A DNA stretch of 64,000 nucleotides from Chlorobiota bacterium (GTDB lineage Bacteria > Bacteroidota > Ignavibacteria > OLB7), in NCBI GenBank assembly GCA_016710285.1, contig JADJXR010000001.1:3373338-3437337 (forward strand). The letters are read 5' to 3'. A program made the position numbers and the translations under genes. Shown here piece by piece: positions 29,903 through 38,641 of this stretch. The notes beneath the pieces are model-generated. The model saw only the letters and a program-made list of their open reading frames with translations. It searched no databases and was not told where the DNA came from. Numbering within the stretch: the first letter of the stretch is position 1; every line of letters starts with the position of its first letter.

Positions 29903-30667
29903 GTGTACTCCATCCGGTTATTTCTCTTCATACTTATTGCCTTCGCAATGGCTGGATGCGGGAAGCCCTCCGGCCCACCGCAGCTTCTTGATGCGGTGCT
30001 GTGCCGCGCCGTTGGCGCAGATGGAACCCCAGGCAATCCCACCAAAGAATTTTCATCAACCGACTCCGCCATTCGGTGCGTGCTGGTTTTTCAGCAAAGC
30101 GAAAGTGCTGCAAAAATTCAGGGGAAATGGAGTGTGGCCCGCGTCCCAGGAATACAAAGCGGAAAGGTGATTGGCGAAGTAACGGTATCGGCTGCGCCCA
30201 ACAGCAAATATGTTGATTTATCCCTGCGACCAACGTCGCCACTGCCGGCGGGGAATTATCAGCTGGAAATTTTCATTGACCCTGATAAGAAAAAAACTCC
30301 GCAACCCAACCAAACCCTGACGTTCAAAGTGATTTCCAAAGGGGCGCAAATTTCCAACGCGTTCCTTTCGACAGATCCGCAGGGGAAGGAGCGGAGTGAT
30401 AGTTTTTCGCTCAATACTTCAGCAATTTACGCCCACCTTCGGCTGGCTGACGTTCCCCCAAAAACAACATTAACCGCAAGCTGGGTCCAGGATGGCAATG
30501 GCGAAATTGACCGCGTGCCAATCGTTCTTCGGCGCGGCGAGGAATCGGTGGTGTTTGCCCTAACATTGGAAAATGGATTGACCGCCGGAAATTATCACGT
30601 AGTATTTTTCTTCAATAATCAAACAACCCCGGCCCTTACTGTTCCGTTCCGTTCGGTGGGGGAGTAA
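29903..30667 (+). CDS. hypothetical lipoprotein
   Basis: The GTG start gives MYSIRLFLFILIAFAMAGCGKP (a lipobox). The first in-frame ATG would remove the signal peptide. Confidence 0.55.
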   Translation: MYSIRLFLFILIAFAMAGCGKPSGPPQLLDAVLCRAVGADGTPGNPTKEFSSTDSAIRCVLVFQQSESAAKIQGKWSVARVPGIQSGKVIGEVTVSAAPNSKYVDLSLRPTSPLPAGNYQLEIFIDPDKKKTPQPNQTLTFKVISKGAQISNAFLSTDPQGKERSDSFSLNTSAIYAHLRLADVPPKTTLTASWVQDGNGEIDRVPIVLRRGEESVVFALTLENGLTAGNYHVVFFFNNQTTPALTVPFRSVGE

Positions 30668-30670
30668 TAG

Positions 30671-31489
30671 ATGAACGGAAAATCGCCACACCGCACGTTC
30701 CATGCCACTGAAATTGGGGTGATTGCAACGCGCTATCGTCGTAAATCGGAGGCACCGCGCCAACCTACTCTTGCAGAAACACCCGATGAAGGAATTATCA
30801 CCCTCCATGAAGGTGCAAATTTCGAGCAAGCCTTGCGCGACCTTCAGGGGTTTGAATTTATTTGGGTGATTTTTTGGTTCGATCAGTCCAGCGGTTGGCG
30901 GCCCACGGTGCTTCCGCCACGTGGCGGATTAACGCGGCGCGGGGTTTTTTCCACCCGTTCCCCGCATCGCCCAAATCCAATCGGATTATCGCTTCTCCGA
31001 TTGTTGGAAATTCGTGGCCGCACCCTTCGCGTTGCTTCCCCCGACCTTCTGGACGGAACGCCAATTCTTGATATTAAGCCGTATCTACCTTCCATCGAGG
31101 CGCACCCGGCTGCCGCCGAAGGGTGGCTGGAAACTCTGGATGATGACCTGCGTGCCGATCCACTGTTCACCGTTGAATGGAGCCTGCTATCCGCCCAACA
31201 ACGGGAATTTTTAGAGCAGGAATGCGAAGTTGATTTCTCCGCCGCTGTTGCCTTGCTTCGGCGCGCACCCCACCCGCATCCTTACCGCCGGATTAAGCAG
31301 ATTTCTGAGCATGGATATGAGTTGGCCGTGCGCTCCTGGCGGCTGAAATTTACCTGGCAGGGAATGGAAATTGTGATCGAGGAAATCGCCAGCGGTTATT
31401 CGCCGGCGGCGATTTCCGATCCGGCCCGGGCCGGGACGCTCCATCAGGAATCGGCGCACCGTGCCTTCCATCAGCGTTGGGGGAAGTAG
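30671..31489 (+). CDS. trmO: tRNA (N6-threonylcarbamoyladenosine(37)-N6)-methyltransferase TrmO (TsaA/YaeB family)
   Basis: TsaA motifs (FEFIWVIFWFD, RSPHRPNPIGLS, ILDIKPYLP) plus the C-terminal extension domain. Confidence 0.85.
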   Translation: MNGKSPHRTFHATEIGVIATRYRRKSEAPRQPTLAETPDEGIITLHEGANFEQALRDLQGFEFIWVIFWFDQSSGWRPTVLPPRGGLTRRGVFSTRSPHRPNPIGLSLLRLLEIRGRTLRVASPDLLDGTPILDIKPYLPSIEAHPAAAEGWLETLDDDLRADPLFTVEWSLLSAQQREFLEQECEVDFSAAVALLRRAPHPHPYRRIKQISEHGYELAVRSWRLKFTWQGMEIVIEEIASGYSPAAISDPARAGTLHQESAHRAFHQRWGK

Positions 31490-32178
31490 TCGGGAAACAG
31501 CGTGGCGAACTCTTCGGGAATTGGCGCGGAGATGGTGGCCGGCGGGTAGCCATCAATCGTGGGAAGGGTGATTGAGGAAGCATGGAGCATCAGCCGATGG
31601 ATTCCAAGTTGTTGCCGGAACATCGCGGTGTGCCGCCCGTCGCCGTAGATTGTGTCGCCGATAATCGGATGGCGCAGGTGCGCAAGGTGCCGGCGAATCT
31701 GGTGGTTCCGCCCGGTTAATGGAGTAAGTGACAGCAGCGTGTAGCGTGCCGTGGCGTACCGGCCAACGGGAATCGGAAGCTCGATGCGGGCAAGGGGAGT
31801 GAAATGGGTGATGGCCTGGGCCGGCGTGCCATGCTTCTCCTCGGCAATCGGGTGGTCAATCGTCCCTTCTTCGTGCAGATGCCCGCGCGCCACTGCGGTG
31901 TAGGTTTTTAGTACGTTGCGGCTGGCAAAAGCCTCCGCAAGGATTTTTGCCGACTCGCGCCCCCGGGCAAACAGCAGCACACCGCTGGTGGCGCGGTCCA
32001 GCCGGTGAACGGGATAGACCCATTCCCCCAATCGGTCCCGCAGCACCGACATGCACGTCCGTTTGTCGGTGGCCAGTGCCGAGGGGACGGTGAGCAAGCC
32101 ACACGGCTTGTTGACGGCCACATAGGCCCCGTTTTCAGCAAGAATTTCTAGATGATGCTGTTGATGTTCTTCCATCAT
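31471..32178 (-). CDS. truC: tRNA pseudouridine(65) synthase TruC (RluA family)
   Basis: HRLDRATSGVLLFA catalytic motif. The ...TGRNHQIRRHLAHLRHPIIGD... block matches TruC. The 3' end overlaps trmO by 19 nt (convergent). Confidence 0.85.
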   Translation of the reverse strand: MMEEHQQHHLEILAENGAYVAVNKPCGLLTVPSALATDKRTCMSVLRDRLGEWVYPVHRLDRATSGVLLFARGRESAKILAEAFASRNVLKTYTAVARGHLHEEGTIDHPIAEEKHGTPAQAITHFTPLARIELPIPVGRYATARYTLLSLTPLTGRNHQIRRHLAHLRHPIIGDTIYGDGRHTAMFRQQLGIHRLMLHASSITLPTIDGYPPATISAPIPEEFATLFPDYFPQR

Positions 32179-32247
32179 TGCCTCGGAAATATGATCCCTG
32201 TTCCAAACAAACCAACAACCAATAAACGACGGAGAAGAGAACTAACG

Positions 32248-32883
32248 ATGAAACAACCATTTGGCTTGATTGCCGCAGCCTTGATGATGATTGCCACCGC
32301 TGCCGCCCAAACCGTTCCTGCGCCACCGGCAGGCGTTACGCGACCCAGGTACGTTTTCCACGTCACCCAGGCGGGGGTGCAGCTTGGCGACATTGTGATT
32401 GAGCTGTTTCCCGACGTTGCGCCAAAGCATTGCGCAAATTTCGACAGCCTTGTTGCCGCAAAATTCTACGATGGGACAGCGTTCCACCGTGTGATCCCTG
32501 GCTTTATGATTCAGGGGGGAGGGATGAACTCCAAGAACCCGAACGCGCCGCGCAACACGTGGGGGATTAGCGATCCTTCGCAGCGGAAGATCCCGGCCGA
32601 GTTCAACAAAATCTCGCACGTCCGTGGCATCCTTTCCGCCGCCCGCACCGCCGACCCCAACAGCGCGGCATCGCAGTTCTTCATCTGCGTGGCCAATGCC
32701 CCCCACCTTGACGGCCAATATACCGTCTATGGGCAGGTGGTGACAGGGTTGGAGGTGGTTGATAAAATCGTCAACGCCCAAAGGGATAACACCGATAACC
32801 CGCTCCAGCGGATTGATATGAAGGTCGAGAAGCTGGTCCAAAAAACGGTGCGCGGGAAGAACGCCCCGAAAAAAACTAACTGA
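32248..32883 (+). CDS. periplasmic cyclophilin-type peptidyl-prolyl cis-trans isomerase
   Basis: Signal peptide then the cyclophilin core (FHRVIPGFMIQGGG...SAARTADPNSAASQFFIC). Confidence 0.9.
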   Translation: MKQPFGLIAAALMMIATAAAQTVPAPPAGVTRPRYVFHVTQAGVQLGDIVIELFPDVAPKHCANFDSLVAAKFYDGTAFHRVIPGFMIQGGGMNSKNPNAPRNTWGISDPSQRKIPAEFNKISHVRGILSAARTADPNSAASQFFICVANAPHLDGQYTVYGQVVTGLEVVDKIVNAQRDNTDNPLQRIDMKVEKLVQKTVRGKNAPKKTN

Positions 32884-32952
32884 GCAAACCGCCCGGCAGC
32901 CGCTGGCCAGTTCCTTCGGCTTCCACGATGGTGAGCTTGCTCATGCTTTCTC

Positions 32953-32993
32953 AATCTGCCGTGGCACGCACAACGCCACGGCAGATTTTTTTT
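32953..32993 (+). terminator. Rho-independent terminator (ATCTGCCGTGGC-N9-GCCACGGCAGAT plus T9)
   Basis: 12-bp perfect stem followed by TTTTTTTTT, directly downstream of the cyclophilin gene. Confidence 0.85.
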
Positions 32994-33177
32994 TGGGGGG
33001 GGTGAGAACTTTCGCCCCTATCGTTGTCTTTATGATGGTAGGATTGAGCGCCGAACACGGTTTGCGGCCGGGGCGAAGCTGCCAAGATGGTAATGGTGAC
33101 AGTGGGAGAGCAGGGAAAATCATCAATTGCCACCCATTATCGGAAAGCGGCTCCGTTTCTGCCCAACCGAAATCCAA

Positions 33178-33215
33178 CAAGGGGAACCAACGCTGGTTCC
33201 CCTTGTTTCGTTTTG
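33178..33215 (+). terminator. second terminator-like hairpin (CAAGGGGAACCA-ACGC-TGGTTCCCCTTG plus TTTCGTTTTG)
   Basis: 12-bp perfect stem and a T-rich tail about 185 nt after the first terminator, with no ORF in between. Confidence 0.55.
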
Positions 33216-33334
33216 CCCCCCTTGCTTCCGTGCGGATGCTGCGGCGTGGCTCACCAATTCTCCTCACCAATTTTCTCCACCACTTGACAACCGAACATCA
33301 CATTGCCTATCTTTGCTTTTAAGTACGCTTAACA

Positions 33335-34039
33335 ATGAATCTTAACCTGACCACAGAAGATTATCTCCGCTCGCTGTACAAGCTGGAAAGCCGGGATCTG
33401 AAAGCCACGAACGCCGCATTGGCAAAGGAGCTGAACGTCACCTCGGCAGCGGTCACCGATATGCTGCGGAAGCTGGACGAGCTTGGGCTGGTCAGCTACC
33501 AGAAGTACAAAGGGGTGGCGCTGACGAAATCTGGGCTGGCGATTGCCACGCGCATCACCCGCCGGCATCGGTTGTGGGAGGTGTTCCTGATCCAGCACTT
33601 GCACTTTGCCTGGGATGAAGTCCACGACCTTGCCGACCAGCTGGAGCATATCCGCTCCGATGAGCTTACCGAGCGTTTAGATGAGTTCCTGGGCCACCCC
33701 CAGCACGATCCCCACGGCGACCCCATTCCCACCCGCGATGGAGTGGTCCCCGTCCGCATCCTGACCCCGATTGGCCAGCTTCAGCCCGGGGAGGAGGGGA
33801 CGGTGCAGCGGGTAAGCGACGAGTTCCCAGAACTGCTTCGCTACGCGGTGATGGTGGGGCTTTCGCTTGGTTCCCACATCAAGGCGATTGAGCGGATTCA
33901 GTTCGACGGCTCGGTGCGGCTGGTGGCCGATGGGCGCGAATCCGTTATCTCCGCCAAACTGGCCGAAAGCGTTTTTGTGGAGCTGGTTCCAGGAAGCTCG
34001 GTACGCCAAGCCAAGAAGAAATCAGGGGGGAAGAAGTGA
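33335..34039 (+). CDS. DtxR/MntR-family metal-dependent transcriptional repressor with a C-terminal FeoA/SH3-like domain
   Basis: DtxR N-terminal HTH (EDYLRSLYKLES...), metal-binding region (RRHRLWEVFLIQHL...DEVHDLADQLEHI), C-terminal SH3-like domain. Confidence 0.85.
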   Translation: MNLNLTTEDYLRSLYKLESRDLKATNAALAKELNVTSAAVTDMLRKLDELGLVSYQKYKGVALTKSGLAIATRITRRHRLWEVFLIQHLHFAWDEVHDLADQLEHIRSDELTERLDEFLGHPQHDPHGDPIPTRDGVVPVRILTPIGQLQPGEEGTVQRVSDEFPELLRYAVMVGLSLGSHIKAIERIQFDGSVRLVADGRESVISAKLAESVFVELVPGSSVRQAKKKSGGKK

Positions 34040-34506
34040 AAAAACGGGTGCTGTTTTTGGACGATGACCACCGCCGGATCGCGACCTTCCGCGAGCAAGT
34101 GATGCGGAATGAGTTCGAACTCACCGTGGTGGAAACCGCCCACGAGTGTATCGAGGCCTTGGCCAACCGGCAATTCGACCTCGTTCTGCTGGACCACGAT
34201 TTGGGGGGGGAGACCTTTGTTGACAGCAGCCGCGAGGATACGGGAATGGAGGTGGTGCGGTGGATTGGGGCAAAGGGATTGCCCGCCGGAGCCTTCATCG
34301 TCCACACGATGAACCCCGTGGCCGCCACAACCATGTACTTCCAGCTTCAGCAATGGGGGCATCGCGTGGAGCAGGCTCCATTTGGTTCAAGCCGATTTTA
34401 CGGGGCACTTGAGGAGCTGCTTGAAGTCCGCGCCCGCCGCACCAAGCAACGGAAATCGCTGCTGGTTCGGCTAAGGGAGTATTTCCGCTCCATTCGCTTT
34501 AAGTAG
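34036..34506 (+). CDS. stand-alone CheY-like receiver domain protein (orphan response-regulator receiver)
   Basis: LFLDDDHRR and LVLLDHDLGG acidic pockets, with a later T. The GTG start overlaps the dtxR stop (GTGA). No output domain. Confidence 0.55.
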   Translation: MKKRVLFLDDDHRRIATFREQVMRNEFELTVVETAHECIEALANRQFDLVLLDHDLGGETFVDSSREDTGMEVVRWIGAKGLPAGAFIVHTMNPVAATTMYFQLQQWGHRVEQAPFGSSRFYGALEELLEVRARRTKQRKSLLVRLREYFRSIRFK

Positions 34507-34554
34507 GAACGGGCTGGGCTTTGGGTCAGCAGAAATCATAATCCAATATCAACA

Positions 34555-35478
34555 ATGAAACTCAAGATTCTCCTTCTCCTTGCCGTTCTTCTGTTTGCCG
34601 GATGTGGCGGCGGAAGCGATAGCCCGCAGCCAAAAAAACTTCGGATCGTCACCACCACCGGCATGATTGAAGATGCGGTTCGGAACATCGTTGGCGACGA
34701 CTCCGCTGCCGCCACCATCACCGCCTTGATGGGACCCGGCGTGGATCCCCACCTCTACAAGGCTTCCCAGCAAGACCTCTCGCTCCTGACCGAGGCTGAT
34801 ATCATCTTCTATAACGGGCTGCACCTTGAAGGAAAAATGGTGGAAGTGCTGCAGAAACTTGCCCGCACAAAACCAGTGGTGGCCGTGGCCGACGGCGTGG
34901 ACCCCGCAAAACTTCGCACCCCGCCCGAGTTCAACGGCAACCACGACCCCCACATCTGGTTCGACGTGAAGTTGTGGGAGGGAGGGGTCCGGAAGATTGC
35001 CCAGACGCTGCAGGCCCAGGATACGGCCAACGCAGCGCGCTACCGCCAGCACGCCGAACGCTACGTGCGGCAGCTGGACTCGCTGGACCGGTGGGTGCGG
35101 GACCATATCGCCACCATCCCCAACGAAGGCCGGGTGCTGATAACCGCCCACGATGCCTTTGGATACTTCGGCCAAGCCTACGGCATCGAGGTGCGCGGCC
35201 TGCAAGGAATCAGCACCGTGAGTGAGTACGGGCTGGCCGATGTTCAGGCGTTGGTTGAGATGATTGCAAGCCGGAACATCAAGGCCGTGTTCGTGGAATC
35301 AAGCGTTCCGCGCCGTTCAATTGAAGCTGTAGTTGAGGGGGTGAAGGCCAAAGGGAAGAACGTGACGATTGGCGGCCAGCTTTTCTCCGATGCCATGGGG
35401 GCCAAAGGGACCCCAGAAGGGACGTACATCGGCATGGTTTCCGCCAACGTCAACACCATCGTCAACGCGCTGAAATAA
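34555..35478 (+). CDS. metal ABC transporter substrate-binding lipoprotein (cluster 9 / TroA-MntC-ZnuA family)
   Basis: Lipobox LLFAGCGG and the TroA fold pattern (LRIVTTTGMIED, DPHLY, DPHIWFD, AHDAFGYF). Confidence 0.9.
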   Translation: MKLKILLLLAVLLFAGCGGGSDSPQPKKLRIVTTTGMIEDAVRNIVGDDSAAATITALMGPGVDPHLYKASQQDLSLLTEADIIFYNGLHLEGKMVEVLQKLARTKPVVAVADGVDPAKLRTPPEFNGNHDPHIWFDVKLWEGGVRKIAQTLQAQDTANAARYRQHAERYVRQLDSLDRWVRDHIATIPNEGRVLITAHDAFGYFGQAYGIEVRGLQGISTVSEYGLADVQALVEMIASRNIKAVFVESSVPRRSIEAVVEGVKAKGKNVTIGGQLFSDAMGAKGTPEGTYIGMVSANVNTIVNALK

Positions 35479-35491
35479 TGGAGATGGATTA

Positions 35492-36340
35492 ATGGAGATG
35501 GATGGAATGGAGAATGGCATGAAGAACGGAAAAGAACATAGGCCGGAAGGAGTGGAATCGCCAGGAATTTCCCCGCTGGAAGTTCACGACCTCACCGTCA
35601 GCTACAACCGCCGGCCCGTGCTGTGGGACATTGATTTCACCGTGCCGGAGGGGAAGCTGATTGCGGTGGTGGGGCCGAACGGAGCGGGGAAATCAACGCT
35701 GATTAAAGCCGCAATGGGGCTGATCCCATCGGCCAGTGGTTACGTCCGGTTTTTTGGGCAGGGCCTTGCCGAAGCCCGCCAGCGTGTGGCCTACGTCCCG
35801 CAGCGGACCTCGGTGGATTGGGATTTCCCCACCGACGCGCTGGACGTTGTGCTGATGGGCCGCTACGGGCGGTTGCGGTTGTTCCAACGCCCCCGCCGTG
35901 CCGACGTTGAAGCCGCCCACGAAGCGTTGAACAAAGTGGGGATGCAGCAGTTCGCCAACCGGCAGATTTCGCAGCTTTCCGGTGGGCAGCAGCAGCGGGT
36001 GTTCCTTGCCCGCGCGCTTGCCCAGGATGCGGACCTGTACCTGATGGATGAGCCGTTCGCCGGGGTGGATGCCGCCACCGAGGCCGCCATTGTTGAGCTT
36101 CTTCGCCAGATGCGCGCCCTGGGGAAAACCGTCATCGTTGTTCACCACGACCTGCAAACCGTCCAAGATTACTTCGATTGGGCACTGCTGCTGAATATGC
36201 GGCTGATTGCCTTTGGCCCAATGGAGCAAGCCTTCACCAACCAGCTTCTGCAAAAAACCTACGGCGGGCGGCTGAACCTTCTGACAGAAGTTGCGGACCT
36301 GATACGCCACGAACAACGGAAGGAGCGGGACCCGCTATGA
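35492..36340 (+). CDS. metal ABC transporter ATP-binding protein
   Basis: Walker A GPNGAGKST, signature LSGGQQQRV, Walker B LYLMDEPFAGVD. The start is uncertain because several ATGs fall inside a short tandem repeat. Confidence 0.85.
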   Translation: MEMDGMENGMKNGKEHRPEGVESPGISPLEVHDLTVSYNRRPVLWDIDFTVPEGKLIAVVGPNGAGKSTLIKAAMGLIPSASGYVRFFGQGLAEARQRVAYVPQRTSVDWDFPTDALDVVLMGRYGRLRLFQRPRRADVEAAHEALNKVGMQQFANRQISQLSGGQQQRVFLARALAQDADLYLMDEPFAGVDAATEAAIVELLRQMRALGKTVIVVHHDLQTVQDYFDWALLLNMRLIAFGPMEQAFTNQLLQKTYGGRLNLLTEVADLIRHEQRKERDPL

Positions 36341-37632
36341 GCGAATCCGACCTTCTGGATTTCTTCCTGCTTCGCCAACACAACATCCGCGTGGTGGTGT
36401 TGGGGACGATGCTGCTGGGGATTGGCTCAGCGGCCATTGGCTGCTACGCCTTTCTTCGCAAACGCTCGCTGGTGGGCGATGCCGTTGCCCATGCCGCGCT
36501 CCCCGGGGTTGCGGTTGCGTTCATGCTGACCGGGGTGAAAAACCCGGCGGTGATTCTGGTTGGCGCGGCCATTGCCGGGTGGCTTAGCATGGTGGCAATG
36601 GACCTGATTGTCCGCCGCTCCAAAATCCGCGAGGATGCCGCAATCGGGATCGTCCTTAGCGTCTTTTTCGGCCTGGGAATCTTGCTGCTGACGCGGATTC
36701 AAAAAAGCGGATCGGCGGATCAAGCCGGGCTGGATAAATTCCTATTCGGCCAGGCCGCATCGCTGGTGACGGGGGATGTGGTGGTGTTCGGCGCGGTCAG
36801 TTTGGGGCTGGTGGTGGGGATTGTGTTGCTCCACAAGGAGTTCAAATCCATCTCGTTCGATGCTGACTTTGCCCGCTCGATCGGCCTTCCGGTGCGCGGG
36901 CTGGAGCTTGCCATGACCACGATGCTGGTCCTTGCCGTGGTTGTTGGAATCCAAGCCGTTGGGGTGGTGCTGATGGCCGCCATGCTGATTACCCCCGCCG
37001 CCGCCGCACGCTACTGGACCGACCGCCTGACGGTGATGCTGCTTTTGGCCGGAATCTTCGGCGCGGCGGCCGGCTACGGCGGGGCCTTTGTCAGCTACGT
37101 TGCGCCGCGAATGCCCACCGGCCCCTGGATCGTCACCGCTGGAACGCTCATCTTCCTTCTGTCGCTGCTTGCTGCCCCGCGCCGTGGGGTGATTGCCCGG
37201 GTCCTGCGTAACCGCCGCAATAGCCGCAAAACGTTGGAGGAGAATATCCTGAAAACCTTGTATCAGCTTGGCGAGGAGCCTGGGGGGATGTTCCGCCTTC
37301 ACACCGCCGCCGACGTTGCGCGCCGCCGCCGAATCCCGGAATCCCAGGCACTTCGTGGGCTGGGGGTGCTGCGCCGTAGCGGGTTTATCCAGCGGACCGA
37401 AAACGGATGGAAACTGACCCAAGAAGGGGAGAAGCAAGGGCGCAGAGTGACGCGGCTTCATCGCCTGTGGGAGGTGTATCTGACCGAGCACGTCAGCATT
37501 GCCCCGGACCATGTTCACGACGATGCCGAGTCAATCGAGCATGTGCTTACCCCCGAGCTGGAAGCTGAGTTAGAGGCCGTGCTGAACCGCCCCGCCAACG
37601 ACCCCCACCAACGCGCAATTCCATATCAATAA
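36337..37632 (+). CDS. metal ABC transporter permease fused to a C-terminal DtxR-family repressor domain (YtgCR-like)
   Basis: ABC-3 permease TM core, then a C-terminal 140 aa (ENILKTLYQLGEE...RLHRLWEVYLTEHVSIAPDHVHDDAESIEHVL...NDPHQRAIP) that aligns with the HTH and metal-binding regions of DtxR and of the dtxR gene at 33335. The start overlaps the ATPase stop (ATGA). Confidence 0.85.
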   Translation: MSESDLLDFFLLRQHNIRVVVLGTMLLGIGSAAIGCYAFLRKRSLVGDAVAHAALPGVAVAFMLTGVKNPAVILVGAAIAGWLSMVAMDLIVRRSKIREDAAIGIVLSVFFGLGILLLTRIQKSGSADQAGLDKFLFGQAASLVTGDVVVFGAVSLGLVVGIVLLHKEFKSISFDADFARSIGLPVRGLELAMTTMLVLAVVVGIQAVGVVLMAAMLITPAAAARYWTDRLTVMLLLAGIFGAAAGYGGAFVSYVAPRMPTGPWIVTAGTLIFLLSLLAAPRRGVIARVLRNRRNSRKTLEENILKTLYQLGEEPGGMFRLHTAADVARRRRIPESQALRGLGVLRRSGFIQRTENGWKLTQEGEKQGRRVTRLHRLWEVYLTEHVSIAPDHVHDDAESIEHVLTPELEAELEAVLNRPANDPHQRAIPYQ

Positions 37633-37642
37633 CCAAATACCG

Positions 37643-38455
37643 ATGGCCCAGAAACCACTCTCCATTCTCGGCTTGCTGATGGTGGCATCGGCAACCACTT
37701 TTTCCCAAGAGATGGCAACCGACCGCCCCGACCAGACGGAATCGTCGTGGGTGATACCGAAGGGATTTCTTCAGATTGAAACGGGCCTAAGCATTGGCCG
37801 CCACACGCCCCCCCAGATTTCCGGCCAAGCTGCCCTGACGCTGCAGAACCTGAATCTTGCTTCCACGCTTGTTCGCGTTGGCGTGCTGGAGCGGCTGGAG
37901 CTTCGGTTGGAAGGGGGGTATCGGGTGGAGCGGTCGGAAGCAACGCAAAGCGTGGGGCCGATTGAAGAATCAGTTGTGGAATCGCTGGAAGGAATGGACG
38001 CAGTTGCCGTTGGGGTGAAAGTCGGAATCGCCGAGGAAGATGGCCCGCTTCCAGAAACATCGCTGATCCTTCACACCACGCTCCCCGTTGGCGATTCTCC
38101 GTTCGGCCCCAGCTACGTTCTCCCCGATTTCCGTTTCACCCTTAGCCACTCGCTGGGGAAGTCACTCAGCTTGGGGTACAACATCGGTGCCGAGTGGGGC
38201 GATGCCGGAAACCCTCCCGACGGCATTTACACGCTGGTGGTTGGGAGCGATCTTGCCGAAACCATTGGCGGGTTTGTTGAGCTGTTCGGGACGCTTTCGC
38301 CTGGGGGACCGCCGCAGCATACGCTGGATGGAGGGCTGACCTGGGCCGCAAGCGATGACGTGCAGCTGGATGCCTCGGCAGGAATCGGCCTGACCGAATC
38401 GGTCGAGGATTTTTTCGCCAGTGCAGGGGTCTCCTTCCGGCTGAGTGCCTGGTAG
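37643..38455 (+). CDS. putative outer-membrane beta-barrel protein (MetA-pathway/transporter-like family)
   Basis: Signal peptide, alternating amphipathic beta-strand pattern, C-terminal ...GVSFRLSAW (aromatic terminal residue). Confidence 0.55.
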   Translation: MAQKPLSILGLLMVASATTFSQEMATDRPDQTESSWVIPKGFLQIETGLSIGRHTPPQISGQAALTLQNLNLASTLVRVGVLERLELRLEGGYRVERSEATQSVGPIEESVVESLEGMDAVAVGVKVGIAEEDGPLPETSLILHTTLPVGDSPFGPSYVLPDFRFTLSHSLGKSLSLGYNIGAEWGDAGNPPDGIYTLVVGSDLAETIGGFVELFGTLSPGGPPQHTLDGGLTWAASDDVQLDASAGIGLTESVEDFFASAGVSFRLSAW

Positions 38456-38610
38456 CCGCCCCGACCTTCGTCGGAATGACCGCCCCGACCTTCGTCGGGG
38501 TAGCCGAAGGTCTTTAGCCTTCGGTGTCTTCTTTCTAGAAATGACTGGGCCCCGACGGAGGTCGGGGCCGCTACCCCGTCTGTTATCAACCCCGTCGGGG
38601 GTCGAAACTG
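38452..38610. repeat. cluster of GC-rich palindromic repeat elements (CCCCGACCTTCGTCGG twice, CCGAAGGTCTTTAGCCTTCGG, CCCCGACGGAGGTCGGGG)
   Basis: Direct and inverted repeats read directly. A related copy lies at 54135-54270 and a shorter one at 44284-44313. Confidence 0.55.
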
Positions 38611-38641
38611 CTTCCCTTCTAACTCTATTTTGGTTTCCATC

